Shown piece after piece: positions 39,516-48,590 of a DNA stretch of 53,342 bases. Numbering within the stretch: the stretch's first letter is position 1; each line of letters starts with the position of its first letter. The stretch spans positions 1 through 53,342 of the forward strand of contig JAUNSN010000004.1 of assembly GCA_030539175.1 (NCBI GenBank), given 5' to 3'. The stretch is from a bacterium (GTDB taxonomy: Bacteria; Bacillota_I; Bacilli_A; RF39; UBA660). The notes under the pieces are model-generated. The model searched no databases and was not told the origin of the DNA. It saw nothing but the letters and a program-made list of their open reading frames with translations. The translations under genes and the position numbers were made by a program.

Positions 39516-41295
39516 ATGTATTATTTTGCTGTGGTAATTCAACCATCCATCTAGCATAAACATCTGGATTAGCACTATGAGGTTCTGGATTAGGTAAATC
39601 CATTTTAACTATCATAGGTATTTTCATCATTTTTCCAAAAGCAACACAAGTACCAGCTTGTAGTGTTTTTTGTTTTTCCACAATCTCTTCACTAATATTA
39701 GGAACCATTTTTCGAACATATTCTAAATCGGTTGGATGATTTAGTTTAAAAATCATAAAATTAGAACATTGAGAAATAACGGTTTCTGATAATTCAGTTG
39801 GTCGTTGAGTAATTAAATCAAGTACTAGTCCAAACTTTCTCCCTTCTTTAGCGATTCGCTCGAAAATATTATAACCAAGTATTTCTAAATCAATATCTTT
39901 TTGCACAAACCTATGGGCTTCTTCAATCATAATATTAATAGGCATAACACCTCGCTCTGGCATTTCTTTAGTGAATTTAAATAAAATTCTCGAATAAATT
40001 TTAACAATCGCTTTAGCAAATCTATCATCAACATCTTCTAAAGTAAAATTAATTATTTGCGCTCGTCTTTGAGAATCAACCATAATTAAATTAGTAATAT
40101 ATTGATTTAAAGTAACGAAAGTATCATATTGAAAATATTTACCGTAATTTCCATTAATAATAGAATTAAGTTTAACTTTTAATGCAGTAGCTTCCCCGTA
40201 ACTCTTATCATTTAATAAAAGGCCTTCTGATATTAAAGTAAAATTCAAAGCAACAGCTAAATCTTCTAATGTAAAATAAACAGGTACATAATCTGATTTC
40301 CACTTTTTGTCTTTAATAATAAATTGTTCAATATATTTAGTAACTAATATTTGCTCAACAAAGTATCCTTCGCTATCAATATCAAAACACTTTCTTAATT
40401 GTCTTGTATAACCAATACCAGGTATTTCAACATTAAAATTTAATTCATTAGTATTACAAGTAGTTAAAATAGAAAATATTTGATCTCTAATTCTAGCAGT
40501 AACTTGATTACTATACATTACTGATAAAATAGCTGAAGCAATTAAATGATTCTGATAAATATTAGATTCTTCATCTTTTTTAGCAAAAATTGAAACATAA
40601 CTAAGAGTTTGTTCAATAACGCTAAGTTGAAAATAAGAAGTAACATCAAACATATTAGCAAAATCATCTACTGACATTAACCAAAGAGGGATTCTAAGTA
40701 TTTCAGAATTAGCTTCTAATTGTTCGATATTAGTTGAATATAATTTATAATTAAAATTAGGATTAATCTTATTTATATCTTTAAAAGAATTATGATATTC
40801 ACTAGTAGAATTAAAGATAAATAGATTACTATTAAAAGGAATAATATTTCCCATAGAAAATAAGTTTTGTACTACTCTAGCAACTCCATAAGTTTTCCCA
40901 CTACCAGTATTGCCAAAAAAAGCTGAATGATTACTAAAAAATTCGTTAATATCAACCTTAATAGGAAAGTCATTATAAAGTGGTGCCTTTCCCAGTAGCA
41001 TATTTCCATGCTTTTCGTTACCAACTAAAATAGATAACTCGTTATCATTAATAATTCGTATTGTCGCACTTAAACTAGGTTTGCGAATAATTCCACTTAA
41101 AAACTTATCATCAACAAATTCGCCTAAAAAACTAATAACTATTTGATTATTATTAACCTCTTTTATCTCACCTAATATTCTCTTAGTCCCATCTTCAAAT
41201 ATCACATTGTAATTTAATAAATCATCTGCAACAGCATTATTACCTAAAGAAACTAAAGCAAAATTTTTACTAATTGCTATGATTTTACCAAACAT
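39514..41295 (-). CDS. HerA/DUF87-type P-loop ATPase (putative hexameric translocase)
   Basis: About 593 aa. N-terminal barrel-like 'GKIIAISKNFALVSL...LGEIKEV', Walker A 'FFGNTGSGKTYGV', Walker B 'INIMIEEAHRFV', and 'EGRKFGLVLDLITQRPTELSETVISQCSNFMIFKL', which is typical of HerA-like ATPases. The start is set at the ATG after GAGGTG-N6. Confidence 0.8.
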   Translation of the reverse strand: MFGKIIAISKNFALVSLGNNAVADDLLNYNVIFEDGTKRILGEIKEVNNNQIVISFLGEFVDDKFLSGIIRKPSLSATIRIINDNELSILVGNEKHGNMLLGKAPLYNDFPIKVDINEFFSNHSAFFGNTGSGKTYGVARVVQNLFSMGNIIPFNSNLFIFNSTSEYHNSFKDINKINPNFNYKLYSTNIEQLEANSEILRIPLWLMSVDDFANMFDVTSYFQLSVIEQTLSYVSIFAKKDEESNIYQNHLIASAILSVMYSNQVTARIRDQIFSILTTCNTNELNFNVEIPGIGYTRQLRKCFDIDSEGYFVEQILVTKYIEQFIIKDKKWKSDYVPVYFTLEDLAVALNFTLISEGLLLNDKSYGEATALKVKLNSIINGNYGKYFQYDTFVTLNQYITNLIMVDSQRRAQIINFTLEDVDDRFAKAIVKIYSRILFKFTKEMPERGVMPINIMIEEAHRFVQKDIDLEILGYNIFERIAKEGRKFGLVLDLITQRPTELSETVISQCSNFMIFKLNHPTDLEYVRKMVPNISEEIVEKQKTLQAGTCVAFGKMMKIPMIVKMDLPNPEPHSANPDVYARWMVELPQQNNT

Positions 41296-41502
41296 AAAAA
41301 ACACCTCTCTATTCATAAAAACATTATAACAAAAAAAATAAATAAAAGAAACATTTTTTTTAAGGAAATTAAAAATAGTAATAATTAACTAAATATAAAG
41401 TTTTATTATCAAAAAATTTTAGTAGCCACTATATTTTGCCAATCTAACTTAAGACATTATTACAAATTAGTCAATCTTTTTTAACTTTACCACTTAAGAA
41501 TG

Positions 41503-41531
41503 TTGACATTTTCCAACTAAACTTATATAAT
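41503..41531 (+). promoter_or_regulatory. Consensus sigma-A promoter of rpmH (TTGACA-17-TATAAT)
   Basis: TTGACA at 41503-41508, an exact 17-nt spacer, and TATAAT at 41526-41531, about 40 nt upstream of rpmH. Confidence 0.75.
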
Positions 41532-41573
41532 TAAGGAGCATTTATTAATTATTTACTTTTGGAGGTGAAAACA

Positions 41574-41702
41574 ATGAAAAGAACATTTCAACCAAATAAT
41601 CGCAAGAAAAAGAAAAAACATGGTTTTTTTGCACGTAAAAATGGAAAAGGCAATATTCTAAATAAAAGAAGAAGTAAAAAAAGAAAACAATTATCTAAAT
41701 AA
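41574..41702 (+). CDS. rpmH: 50S ribosomal protein L34
   Basis: Hand translation gives [53 protein letters not shown] precedes it. It is not in the ORF track because it is too short. Confidence 0.93.
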   Translation: MKRTFQPNNRKKKKKHGFFARKNGKGNILNKRRSKKRKQLSK

Positions 41703-41724
41703 TTATCCACTATAATGTGGTTTT

Positions 41725-42090
41725 TTGCTAATAAGGATGGTGTTTAGTATAAAAAAGATTAATATAGTTCGCAAGAAACAAGAATTTACTTATATAATAT
41801 ATCAAAAACAATTTATTAAAAATAAGTATTTCACTATTTTTTACCAGCCATCTGAACAAATACATTTTGGAGTATCTGTTCCTAAAAAGGTAACAAATGC
41901 AGTTAATAGAAACAAAATAAGACGGCAAATAAAAGATATAATTGATAAAAATATGATATTGATTCCTGATAAAAAAGATTATATAATAATTGCCAGAAAA
42001 GAGATATTAAATAAAAAATATCAAGAAATAAAAATAGAATTATTAAATGCTTTTAAAAAAATCAAAGGAGAATGTTATGAAAAAAAATAA
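41725..42090 (+). CDS. rnpA: Ribonuclease P protein component
   Basis: 'FGVSVPKKVTNAVNRNKIRRQIKDII' is the RNR motif region. It lies immediately after rpmH. The start is uncertain between TTG 41725 and ATG 41737. Confidence 0.88.
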   Translation: MLIRMVFSIKKINIVRKKQEFTYIIYQKQFIKNKYFTIFYQPSEQIHFGVSVPKKVTNAVNRNKIRRQIKDIIDKNMILIPDKKDYIIIARKEILNKKYQEIKIELLNAFKKIKGECYEKK

Positions 42091-43006
42091 GTTTATAATT
42101 ATTGTAGTCTTATTAGCTTTTACTTTAACAGGATGCACAACAATATTAAAAGATGAAAATAACAAAACTGTAGTAAATCCTGAAACAGGTCAATCGATAA
42201 CTAAAAACATTTTATGTCAACCAGAAAATGATACAGTAAGAAATATTTATACAGAAAATCAAGTTGATATAGATAAATTACCTAAATGTGCATCTTTCAA
42301 AGTAACAAGTGGAGGTTATGAAGGTATATGGACTAATATATTTGTAAAACCTTTAGCATGGCTTATTATTCAAATTGGTGAAGTAATTAATAGTTATGGT
42401 TTATCAATAATTATTACTACATTATTAATTAGATTATTAGTAATGCCAATAACTAAAAAAACAGCAGTTCAATCTGAAAATATAAAACTCGCTAAACCAG
42501 AATTAGATAAATTAGAAAAGAAATATAAAGATAAAACAAATCAAGAAGAACAAATGAAAAAAACTCAAGAAATGATGGTTATATATAAAAAATATAATAT
42601 AAATCCTTTAGCTGGATGTTTCCTTGCGTTAATTCAATTACCACTATTTTTTGCTTTTTTAGAAGCTATTAATCGTGTACCAGCAATATTTGAAAATACT
42701 TTTGTAACATTTCAAATGGGAACAACCCCATTAGTAGGTATGCAAAATGGTAATTATCAATACATTATTCTTATTATTCTTATTGTAATTACTACTTATT
42801 TCTCATTTCAAAATACTTTAAAAGATCAAGCTAGTACAAATGGAAAACAAATGAAATTTACTATGTATTTCATGATGATATTTATTCTTATTGCTTCTTT
42901 ATCATTTCCAGCCGCAACGGCAATATATTGGGTAACGTCTTCAGTATTTACAATATTCCAAAATGAATTAGTAAAAAGGAAGAAAAAGAAACATGAAGTC
43001 TTATAG
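42077..43006 (+). CDS. yidC: Membrane protein insertase YidC/SpoIIIJ (lipoprotein type)
   Basis: Lipobox 'LLAFTLTGC' and the conserved 'GCFLALIQLPLFFAF' and 'YWVTSSVFTIFQ' regions. The ATG follows an AAAGGAG RBS. Confidence 0.93.
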   Translation: MKKNKFIIIVVLLAFTLTGCTTILKDENNKTVVNPETGQSITKNILCQPENDTVRNIYTENQVDIDKLPKCASFKVTSGGYEGIWTNIFVKPLAWLIIQIGEVINSYGLSIIITTLLIRLLVMPITKKTAVQSENIKLAKPELDKLEKKYKDKTNQEEQMKKTQEMMVIYKKYNINPLAGCFLALIQLPLFFAFLEAINRVPAIFENTFVTFQMGTTPLVGMQNGNYQYIILIILIVITTYFSFQNTLKDQASTNGKQMKFTMYFMMIFILIASLSFPAATAIYWVTSSVFTIFQNELVKRKKKKHEVL

Positions 43007-43598
43007 ATTTGAAGCCAAAACCAAAGAAGAAGCGATAGAATTAGCAATAAAAGAACTTAAAGTTAATGAATCAGATTTAATAATAAAAGTAGTTGAAGAA
43101 AAGACAGGATTATTTAAAAAAATAACAATTGAAGTATATGATATTAACGAAATAGTAAATTATATTAAAGAATCTTTAGAAGAAATAATTACCTTAATGA
43201 ATATAACTTTAAAACAAGAAGTAAGACGACGTGGATATAATATAAATATCCATATCTTCTCTTCTAACAATTCTATTTTAATTGGTAAAAATGGTCGAAC
43301 TATAACTGCTTTACAAAATATAATGAAAAAAATTATAACTAATAATATAACTGATATGATTAATATTAATATTGATATAGAAAATTACAAAGAAAAACGC
43401 CAAAGGTCAATAGAATCATTGGCGAAAAGAACTGCTCGAGAAGTTGGCCGTACTAAAATAGAAACAAAATTATATAGTATGAACTCATATGAAAGAAGAA
43501 TTGTCCACAATATTTTAAGCAATAATAAGTATGTAACCACTTCAAGTGAGGGAGAAGAACCAAATCGTTATGTAGTTATAAAACCAAAAGAAGTGTAA
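42993..43598 (+). CDS. jag: RNA-binding protein Jag/KhpB (KH + R3H domains)
   Basis: 201 aa. KH-like 'ILIGKNGRTITALQNI' and R3H 'MNSYERRIVHNIL'. It lies downstream of yidC. Confidence 0.88.
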   Translation: MKSYRFEAKTKEEAIELAIKELKVNESDLIIKVVEEKTGLFKKITIEVYDINEIVNYIKESLEEIITLMNITLKQEVRRRGYNINIHIFSSNNSILIGKNGRTITALQNIMKKIITNNITDMININIDIENYKEKRQRSIESLAKRTAREVGRTKIETKLYSMNSYERRIVHNILSNNKYVTTSSEGEEPNRYVVIKPKEV

Positions 43599-43626
43599 AC
43601 TTCTTTTTCTTAAAGGAGATGTTAAA

Positions 43627-44973
43627 ATGAATGATACAATTGCTGGTATAGCAACCTCAAAAGGAGTTGGTGCGATAAGCATAATAAGAGTAAGTGGAGA
43701 AGAAGCCATTAGCATCACTAACAAAATATTTAATAAGGACTTAAATAAAGTTAATACTCATACTATTCATTATGGTTATATAAAAGATAATGAAAAAATA
43801 ATTGATGAAGTTCTAGTAACTGTTATGAGAAAACCAAAGAGTTATACAACAGAAGATATAGTAGAAATAAATTGTCATGGTTCAATTTCAACTTGTGAAA
43901 GTATCCTACAATTATTAATAAAAAACGGGACCAGACTAGCTGAACCAGGAGAGTTTACGAAACGAGCATTTTTAAATGGTAGAATAGATTTAGTAGAAGC
44001 TGAAAGTATTATGTCTTTAATATCCTCAACAACTAATAAAGCCAGGGATATATCGATTAGTCAATTATCAGGAACAGCATCTGCTAATATAAAGTTGTTG
44101 CGCCAAGAAATTCTCGATATAATATCTCTTATAGAAGTTAATATTGATTATCCAGAATATGAAGATATTAGTGTATTAACAAATGAAGAACTTTTACCAC
44201 AAATAAATAACATAATCAAAAAATTAGATGATATTTTAAAAATTTCTCATACAGCAAGAATATATACAAATGGAATAAAAGTTGGAATAGTTGGAAAACC
44301 CAATGTTGGAAAATCTAGTTTATTAAACGCTTTGTTAAACGAAGATAAAGCTATAGTGACTAGTATTCCTGGAACTACTACTGATATAGTAGAGGGGAAT
44401 ATTAAAATAAATGATTTACTATTACAAATAACAGATACGGCAGGTATAAGAGAAAGTACTAATAAGATAGAAGAATTAGGGGTAGAAAAAAGCAAACAAA
44501 TAATCCATTCAAGTGAATTAATATTATTAGTTTTAAACAACAATGAAGAATTTACCAAAGAAGATGAATTATTAATAGAAAGTATAAAAGATAAACCGCA
44601 TATTATCATTATTAATAAGATAGATTTAGAACAAAAATTAATATTGCCATCTATATATAAAGCAATATATATAAGTATAGAAAATAAACAAGGGTTAGAA
44701 GAACTAAAACAAACAATAAATAATATGTTTAATAGTGATAATATTAAAACAGAAAATCCAACATATTTAACAACATCAAGAACACTTGGTTTAATAGAAA
44801 AAGCAAAAAATTTATTGTTAAAAAGTAAACACGCAATCAAAGAAGCAACTCCAATAGATATAGTAGAAATAGATATAAAAGAAGCATGGCAAGTATTAGG
44901 AGAGATAACAGGAGAATACTATACAACAGAAATGATAGATAATATATTTGCAAATTTTTGTTTAGGAAAATAA
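43627..44973 (+). CDS. mnmE: tRNA modification GTPase MnmE
   Basis: 448 aa. 'DTIAGIATS', G1 'GKPNVGKSSLLNAL', 'DTAGIR', and the C-terminal 'FCLGK'. Confidence 0.96.
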   Translation: MNDTIAGIATSKGVGAISIIRVSGEEAISITNKIFNKDLNKVNTHTIHYGYIKDNEKIIDEVLVTVMRKPKSYTTEDIVEINCHGSISTCESILQLLIKNGTRLAEPGEFTKRAFLNGRIDLVEAESIMSLISSTTNKARDISISQLSGTASANIKLLRQEILDIISLIEVNIDYPEYEDISVLTNEELLPQINNIIKKLDDILKISHTARIYTNGIKVGIVGKPNVGKSSLLNALLNEDKAIVTSIPGTTTDIVEGNIKINDLLLQITDTAGIRESTNKIEELGVEKSKQIIHSSELILLVLNNNEEFTKEDELLIESIKDKPHIIIINKIDLEQKLILPSIYKAIYISIENKQGLEELKQTINNMFNSDNIKTENPTYLTTSRTLGLIEKAKNLLLKSKHAIKEATPIDIVEIDIKEAWQVLGEITGEYYTTEMIDNIFANFCLGK

Positions 44974-45077
44974 AAAATTCTTTACTTATTTATTCACATT
45001 TGCTATAATACAGTAATGAGCGAAAAGCTCCTTGCTTACTATATAAAGTAAGCCTTAGTCCAAAGGGAGGTGTAAAA

Positions 45078-45365
45078 ATGAAACAATATGAAATAATGTT
45101 CATATTAAATCCTAATTTAGATAATGACAATTTAAAGAAGATTGTTAAAGTATTAGAAAAGTCTCTAACAGATAATAAAGCAACTATTACTTTATCAAAA
45201 GAATTAGGACAAAAAGAATTTGCTTACGAAATTAACAAACATAAGACAGGTTATTATTATTTATACAACATAGAAACAAAAACTAATGATGCTGTTAAAG
45301 AATTTGATCGTATTGCAAGAATTAATGAAAATGTAATAAGACATTTAATCATTAAAGAAAATTAA
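45078..45365 (+). CDS. rpsF: 30S ribosomal protein S6
   Basis: 95 aa. 'YEIMFILNPNL' and 'GYYYLYNIE'. AAGGGAGGTG RBS. Confidence 0.95.
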   Translation: MKQYEIMFILNPNLDNDNLKKIVKVLEKSLTDNKATITLSKELGQKEFAYEINKHKTGYYYLYNIETKTNDAVKEFDRIARINENVIRHLIIKEN

Positions 45366-45375
45366 GGAGTAAATA

Positions 45376-45861
45376 ATGAATAGAGTAATTTTAATTGGAA
45401 GATTAACGAGAGATCCAGAATTAAGATATAGTCAAAGTAACATGGCTTTGACAACTATTACAGTTGCGGTTGATCGTTATTCGCGTCAACAACAAGAAAA
45501 TACAGCTGATTTTATCAATTGTGTAGTATTCGATAAACAAGCAGAAAACGTATGTAAGTATTTATCAAAAGGAAGATTAGTTGCCGTAGAGGGAAGGATT
45601 CAAACTAGAAATTATGATGGACAAGATGGTAAAAAAGTATATGTAACAGAAGTTGTTGCTAATAATGTTAAGTTTTTAGAAAGTAGAAGTCAAGTATCAC
45701 AAGCTACTTCTAACCAACAACCCAACGAGCAAGTAAGCCCTTATAACTTTCAAAAACCATCTAATGAAGCACCAGCAACTTTAGATATTGCACCAGAAGT
45801 TGATCCATTCGAAAGTTTTGGTAAACAAACTGAAGTAAGTGATTCTGACTTACCATTTTAA
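45376..45861 (+). CDS. ssb: Single-stranded DNA-binding protein
   Basis: 'MNRVILIGRLTRDPELRY' OB fold and the acidic C-terminal tip 'DSDLPF'. Confidence 0.96.
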   Translation: MNRVILIGRLTRDPELRYSQSNMALTTITVAVDRYSRQQQENTADFINCVVFDKQAENVCKYLSKGRLVAVEGRIQTRNYDGQDGKKVYVTEVVANNVKFLESRSQVSQATSNQQPNEQVSPYNFQKPSNEAPATLDIAPEVDPFESFGKQTEVSDSDLPF

Positions 45862-45876
45862 AAGGAGGGAAATATT

Positions 45877-46092
45877 ATGAACGATTATAAGAAACCTAAA
45901 AGAAAAAAAATCTGTCACATGTGTGCTGGAAAATCAGTTAATTATAAAGATGTTAATATCATAAAAAAATATATTGGTGATAATGGAAAAATATTACCAA
46001 GAAGATTTACTGGAACATGTGCTAAACACCAAAGACAAGTAGCGCTTCAAATAAAACGAGCAAGATTCATGGGACTTATTCCCTATTGTTAA
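45877..46092 (+). CDS. rpsR: 30S ribosomal protein S18
   Basis: 71 aa. '[32 protein letters not shown]'. Confidence 0.95.
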   Translation: MNDYKKPKRKKICHMCAGKSVNYKDVNIIKKYIGDNGKILPRRFTGTCAKHQRQVALQIKRARFMGLIPYC

Positions 46093-46120
46093 ACGTTATT
46101 TTGATAACGTTTTTTCTTTT
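46091..46120 (+). terminator. Intrinsic terminator after rpsR
   Basis: AAACGTTAT-TTTG-ATAACGTTT stem followed by TTTCTTTTTT. Confidence 0.7.
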
Positions 46121-46340
46121 TTAAATAAAAAATAATTACTAATAGCAAGATATATTTATATTACCAATTAATATCTCTATAACAGTCAATTATCACACCA
46201 ATGGATAAACCAAATCATAATATTTATTTATCTTTTTGAGGGAACAGAAACAAAAAATATTGTAAATATAAACAAATTAATTGAATTAATTTTTATAATA
46301 TGATATTATAAAAGCATAAAAATAAGAAAGAGGTGTTGCC

Positions 46341-46961
46341 ATGAGTAAAAAAACTAAAACAACATTATTTTTACAAATAAGTATTGTAGTTTTGGCAACA
46401 ATTGGAATAACTTATGCAGTTTTAACAACCTTAGGAACAGTATCTGTTGGTAATCTTACTGTTGCACCACTGGATGTCACCTATACAGGAACCTCAACTT
46501 TAACAATCAATAGTCTAACACCGATATTATCTAGTGACATAGCAACAAAAGCCCAAAAATTTGATTTCACCGTAAAGGCAAAAGCAACTAATACTGTAAC
46601 AGGGATATATGAAGTAGTTTTAAGAGATTTAGTTATAAGTACTAATTTAAAAGGTTCAACATATGGGCAATATGTAAAATGGCGATTATACAAATCTGAC
46701 AGTTTAATTAATTCAGGTACTTTCGCTTCTATTACATCAGATCAAGCAATTGCGAGCAATCCATTAAGATTGGTAATTAGTCCAAGTAGATTAACATTAC
46801 CAGCCTCAAGTGGGACGGCTGATTCATATTCCCTTTGGATATGGATAGAAGATTCTTGTAGCGATTATGATGTTTGTTCTAATGCTTCAGCATACAATCA
46901 AAATGCCATGATGAATCAAACAATTACTGGTGAATTAGGTGTAGATTTGTATAAGTCATAA
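46341..46961 (+). CDS. Hypothetical secreted or membrane-anchored T/S-rich protein
   Basis: 206 aa. N-terminal 'KKTKTTLFLQISIVVLATIGITYAVL' looks like a signal anchor. The rest is Thr/Ser/Asn-rich and appears beta-rich. AAGAAAGAGGTG RBS. I recognise no family. Confidence 0.6.
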   Translation: MSKKTKTTLFLQISIVVLATIGITYAVLTTLGTVSVGNLTVAPLDVTYTGTSTLTINSLTPILSSDIATKAQKFDFTVKAKATNTVTGIYEVVLRDLVISTNLKGSTYGQYVKWRLYKSDSLINSGTFASITSDQAIASNPLRLVISPSRLTLPASSGTADSYSLWIWIEDSCSDYDVCSNASAYNQNAMMNQTITGELGVDLYKS

Positions 46962-47155
46962 ACGATTGAAATAATGCTCTTAAAGGCTGAACGGAAAGTC
47001 GGACTAATGACTAAGATGTTATCACGAATTAATTATAAAAAGAAAACTAAAACAACAAATATTAATGACAACTTCTTTTTTTTTTAGTATAATAAACATG
47101 GACGTGATAATATGAATGAAAAAATAATTAAACAATCTATTCGAGGAGTGATATA

Positions 47156-48118
47156 ATGATAAAAGTATCAAAATTAAAAGAAATAATAACCAATCATAAA
47201 CAAATAATTATCATGCCTCATAAAGATACAGATTTAGATGCTTTTGGAGCAGCTCTAGGACTTTATTTTTTTTCTAAAACAATTAATAAAAAAACATTAA
47301 TCATTTTTGAAGAAAAAGAGCCAGAACATCCAATAACAAAGTCATTAGAAAATTTACAAAAAGAAAATATTGCTATTTCATATATAACAAAAGAAGAAGC
47401 AATATCATTAACATATAATAATGCTCTACTTATATTAGTTGATTTTCACTTACAAAAATTATCTCCTATACCAGAAATAATAGACCAAATAAAAGATAAA
47501 GTAATAATAGATCATCATATTATATCTGATGATATAGTTTTAGCCGAACAAACATATATAGATGAAAATGCTTCATCGACTTGTGAAATGATAACTTTAT
47601 TATTACAAAAAGAAAATATTGAAATTCCTAGATATGTAGCAACTATCATTTTAGGGGGAATATCAATAGATACAAATAATTTTACAATGAAAACAACATA
47701 TAAAACATATTCAGTAGCATCTTATCTTACTAAATTAGGAGCTTCTTCAACAGAAATTAAATATTTATTAAAAGAAGACTTAAGTGAATATTTTACTCTT
47801 CAAGAGATATTGCAAAATATCATAATCATAAATAAAAATTATGCTATATGTACATGTGATAATAAAATATATACTAAAGAATTTTTAGCTAAAATAGCAT
47901 CAATAGCTATAACATTTGAAAATATCGAAGTCGCATTTGGAATCGGTAAAATAACAGAAGAAATTATCGGAATAAGTACACGAAGTATTGGTAATATACC
48001 TGCCTCAACTCTTATGGAAAAATTTGGTGGAGGTGGACATAAAACAGATGCGGCCAGCCAAGTAAGAGATAAGACTATAGAAGAAGTAAAGGAACAAATT
48101 ATAAATTTAGTACAATAA
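47156..48118 (+). CDS. Stand-alone DHH/DHHA1 phosphoesterase (GdpP catalytic-domain-like)
   Basis: 320 aa. 'MPHKDTDLDAFGAA', 'IIDHH' and 'GGGHKTDAASQ'. It occupies the gdpP (yybT) position upstream of rplI-dnaB but lacks the TM/PAS/GGDEF N-terminal half. Confidence 0.8.
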   Translation: MIKVSKLKEIITNHKQIIIMPHKDTDLDAFGAALGLYFFSKTINKKTLIIFEEKEPEHPITKSLENLQKENIAISYITKEEAISLTYNNALLILVDFHLQKLSPIPEIIDQIKDKVIIDHHIISDDIVLAEQTYIDENASSTCEMITLLLQKENIEIPRYVATIILGGISIDTNNFTMKTTYKTYSVASYLTKLGASSTEIKYLLKEDLSEYFTLQEILQNIIIINKNYAICTCDNKIYTKEFLAKIASIAITFENIEVAFGIGKITEEIIGISTRSIGNIPASTLMEKFGGGGHKTDAASQVRDKTIEEVKEQIINLVQ

Positions 48119-48128
48119 GGAGGATTTG

Positions 48129-48590
48129 ATGAAAGTAATATTTATTAGAGATGTAAAAGGGCAAGGGAAAAAAGATGAAATAAAAGAAGTAAGTGACGGA
48201 TATGCAAATAATTATCTGATAAAGAACAAATACGCGGTAAAATATACAAAAACATCTTTAGATGTTTTAGAACATCAAAAAACAATTAGTAAAATAGAGG
48301 AAGAAAATAAAATAACGGAAGCAACAAAAATAAAGGAAAAACTAGAAAAAGAAAGAATAATAATTAAAGTTAAAGCTGGAAAAAATGATAAAATATTTGG
48401 AACTATTTCTACTAAACAAATTATTGATATTTTAAAAGAAAAAAAATATAACGTGGATAAAAAAAATATCAATATTGCTACTCCAATCAATTGTTTAGGT
48501 AATCATAAAATAGATATTATAATATATAAAAAAGTCATTGCTTCCTTAACAATAACCTTAATAAAAGATAGTGACAAACATGATAGATAA
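48129..48590 (+). CDS. rplI: 50S ribosomal protein L9
   Basis: 'MKVIFIRDVKGQGKKDEIKEVSDGYANNYLI'. The ATG follows an AGGAGGA RBS. Confidence 0.95.
   Translation: MKVIFIRDVKGQGKKDEIKEVSDGYANNYLIKNKYAVKYTKTSLDVLEHQKTISKIEEENKITEATKIKEKLEKERIIIKVKAGKNDKIFGTISTKQIIDILKEKKYNVDKKNINIATPINCLGNHKIDIIIYKKVIASLTITLIKDSDKHDR

Noticed and set aside
44247-44840. 197-aa minus-strand ORF
   Set aside because: It lies entirely antisense within mnmE, which has unambiguous motifs. Its hydrophobic, low-complexity translation is typical of the reverse frame of AT-rich genes. The same reasoning applies to 32076-32492 (gyrA antisense), 34356-34610 and 33315-33503 (gyrB antisense), 19306-19563 and 20491-20778 (mfd antisense), 18436-18802 (spoVT antisense), 10085-10367 (tilS antisense), 46481-46693, 48275-48490 and 41728-41928.
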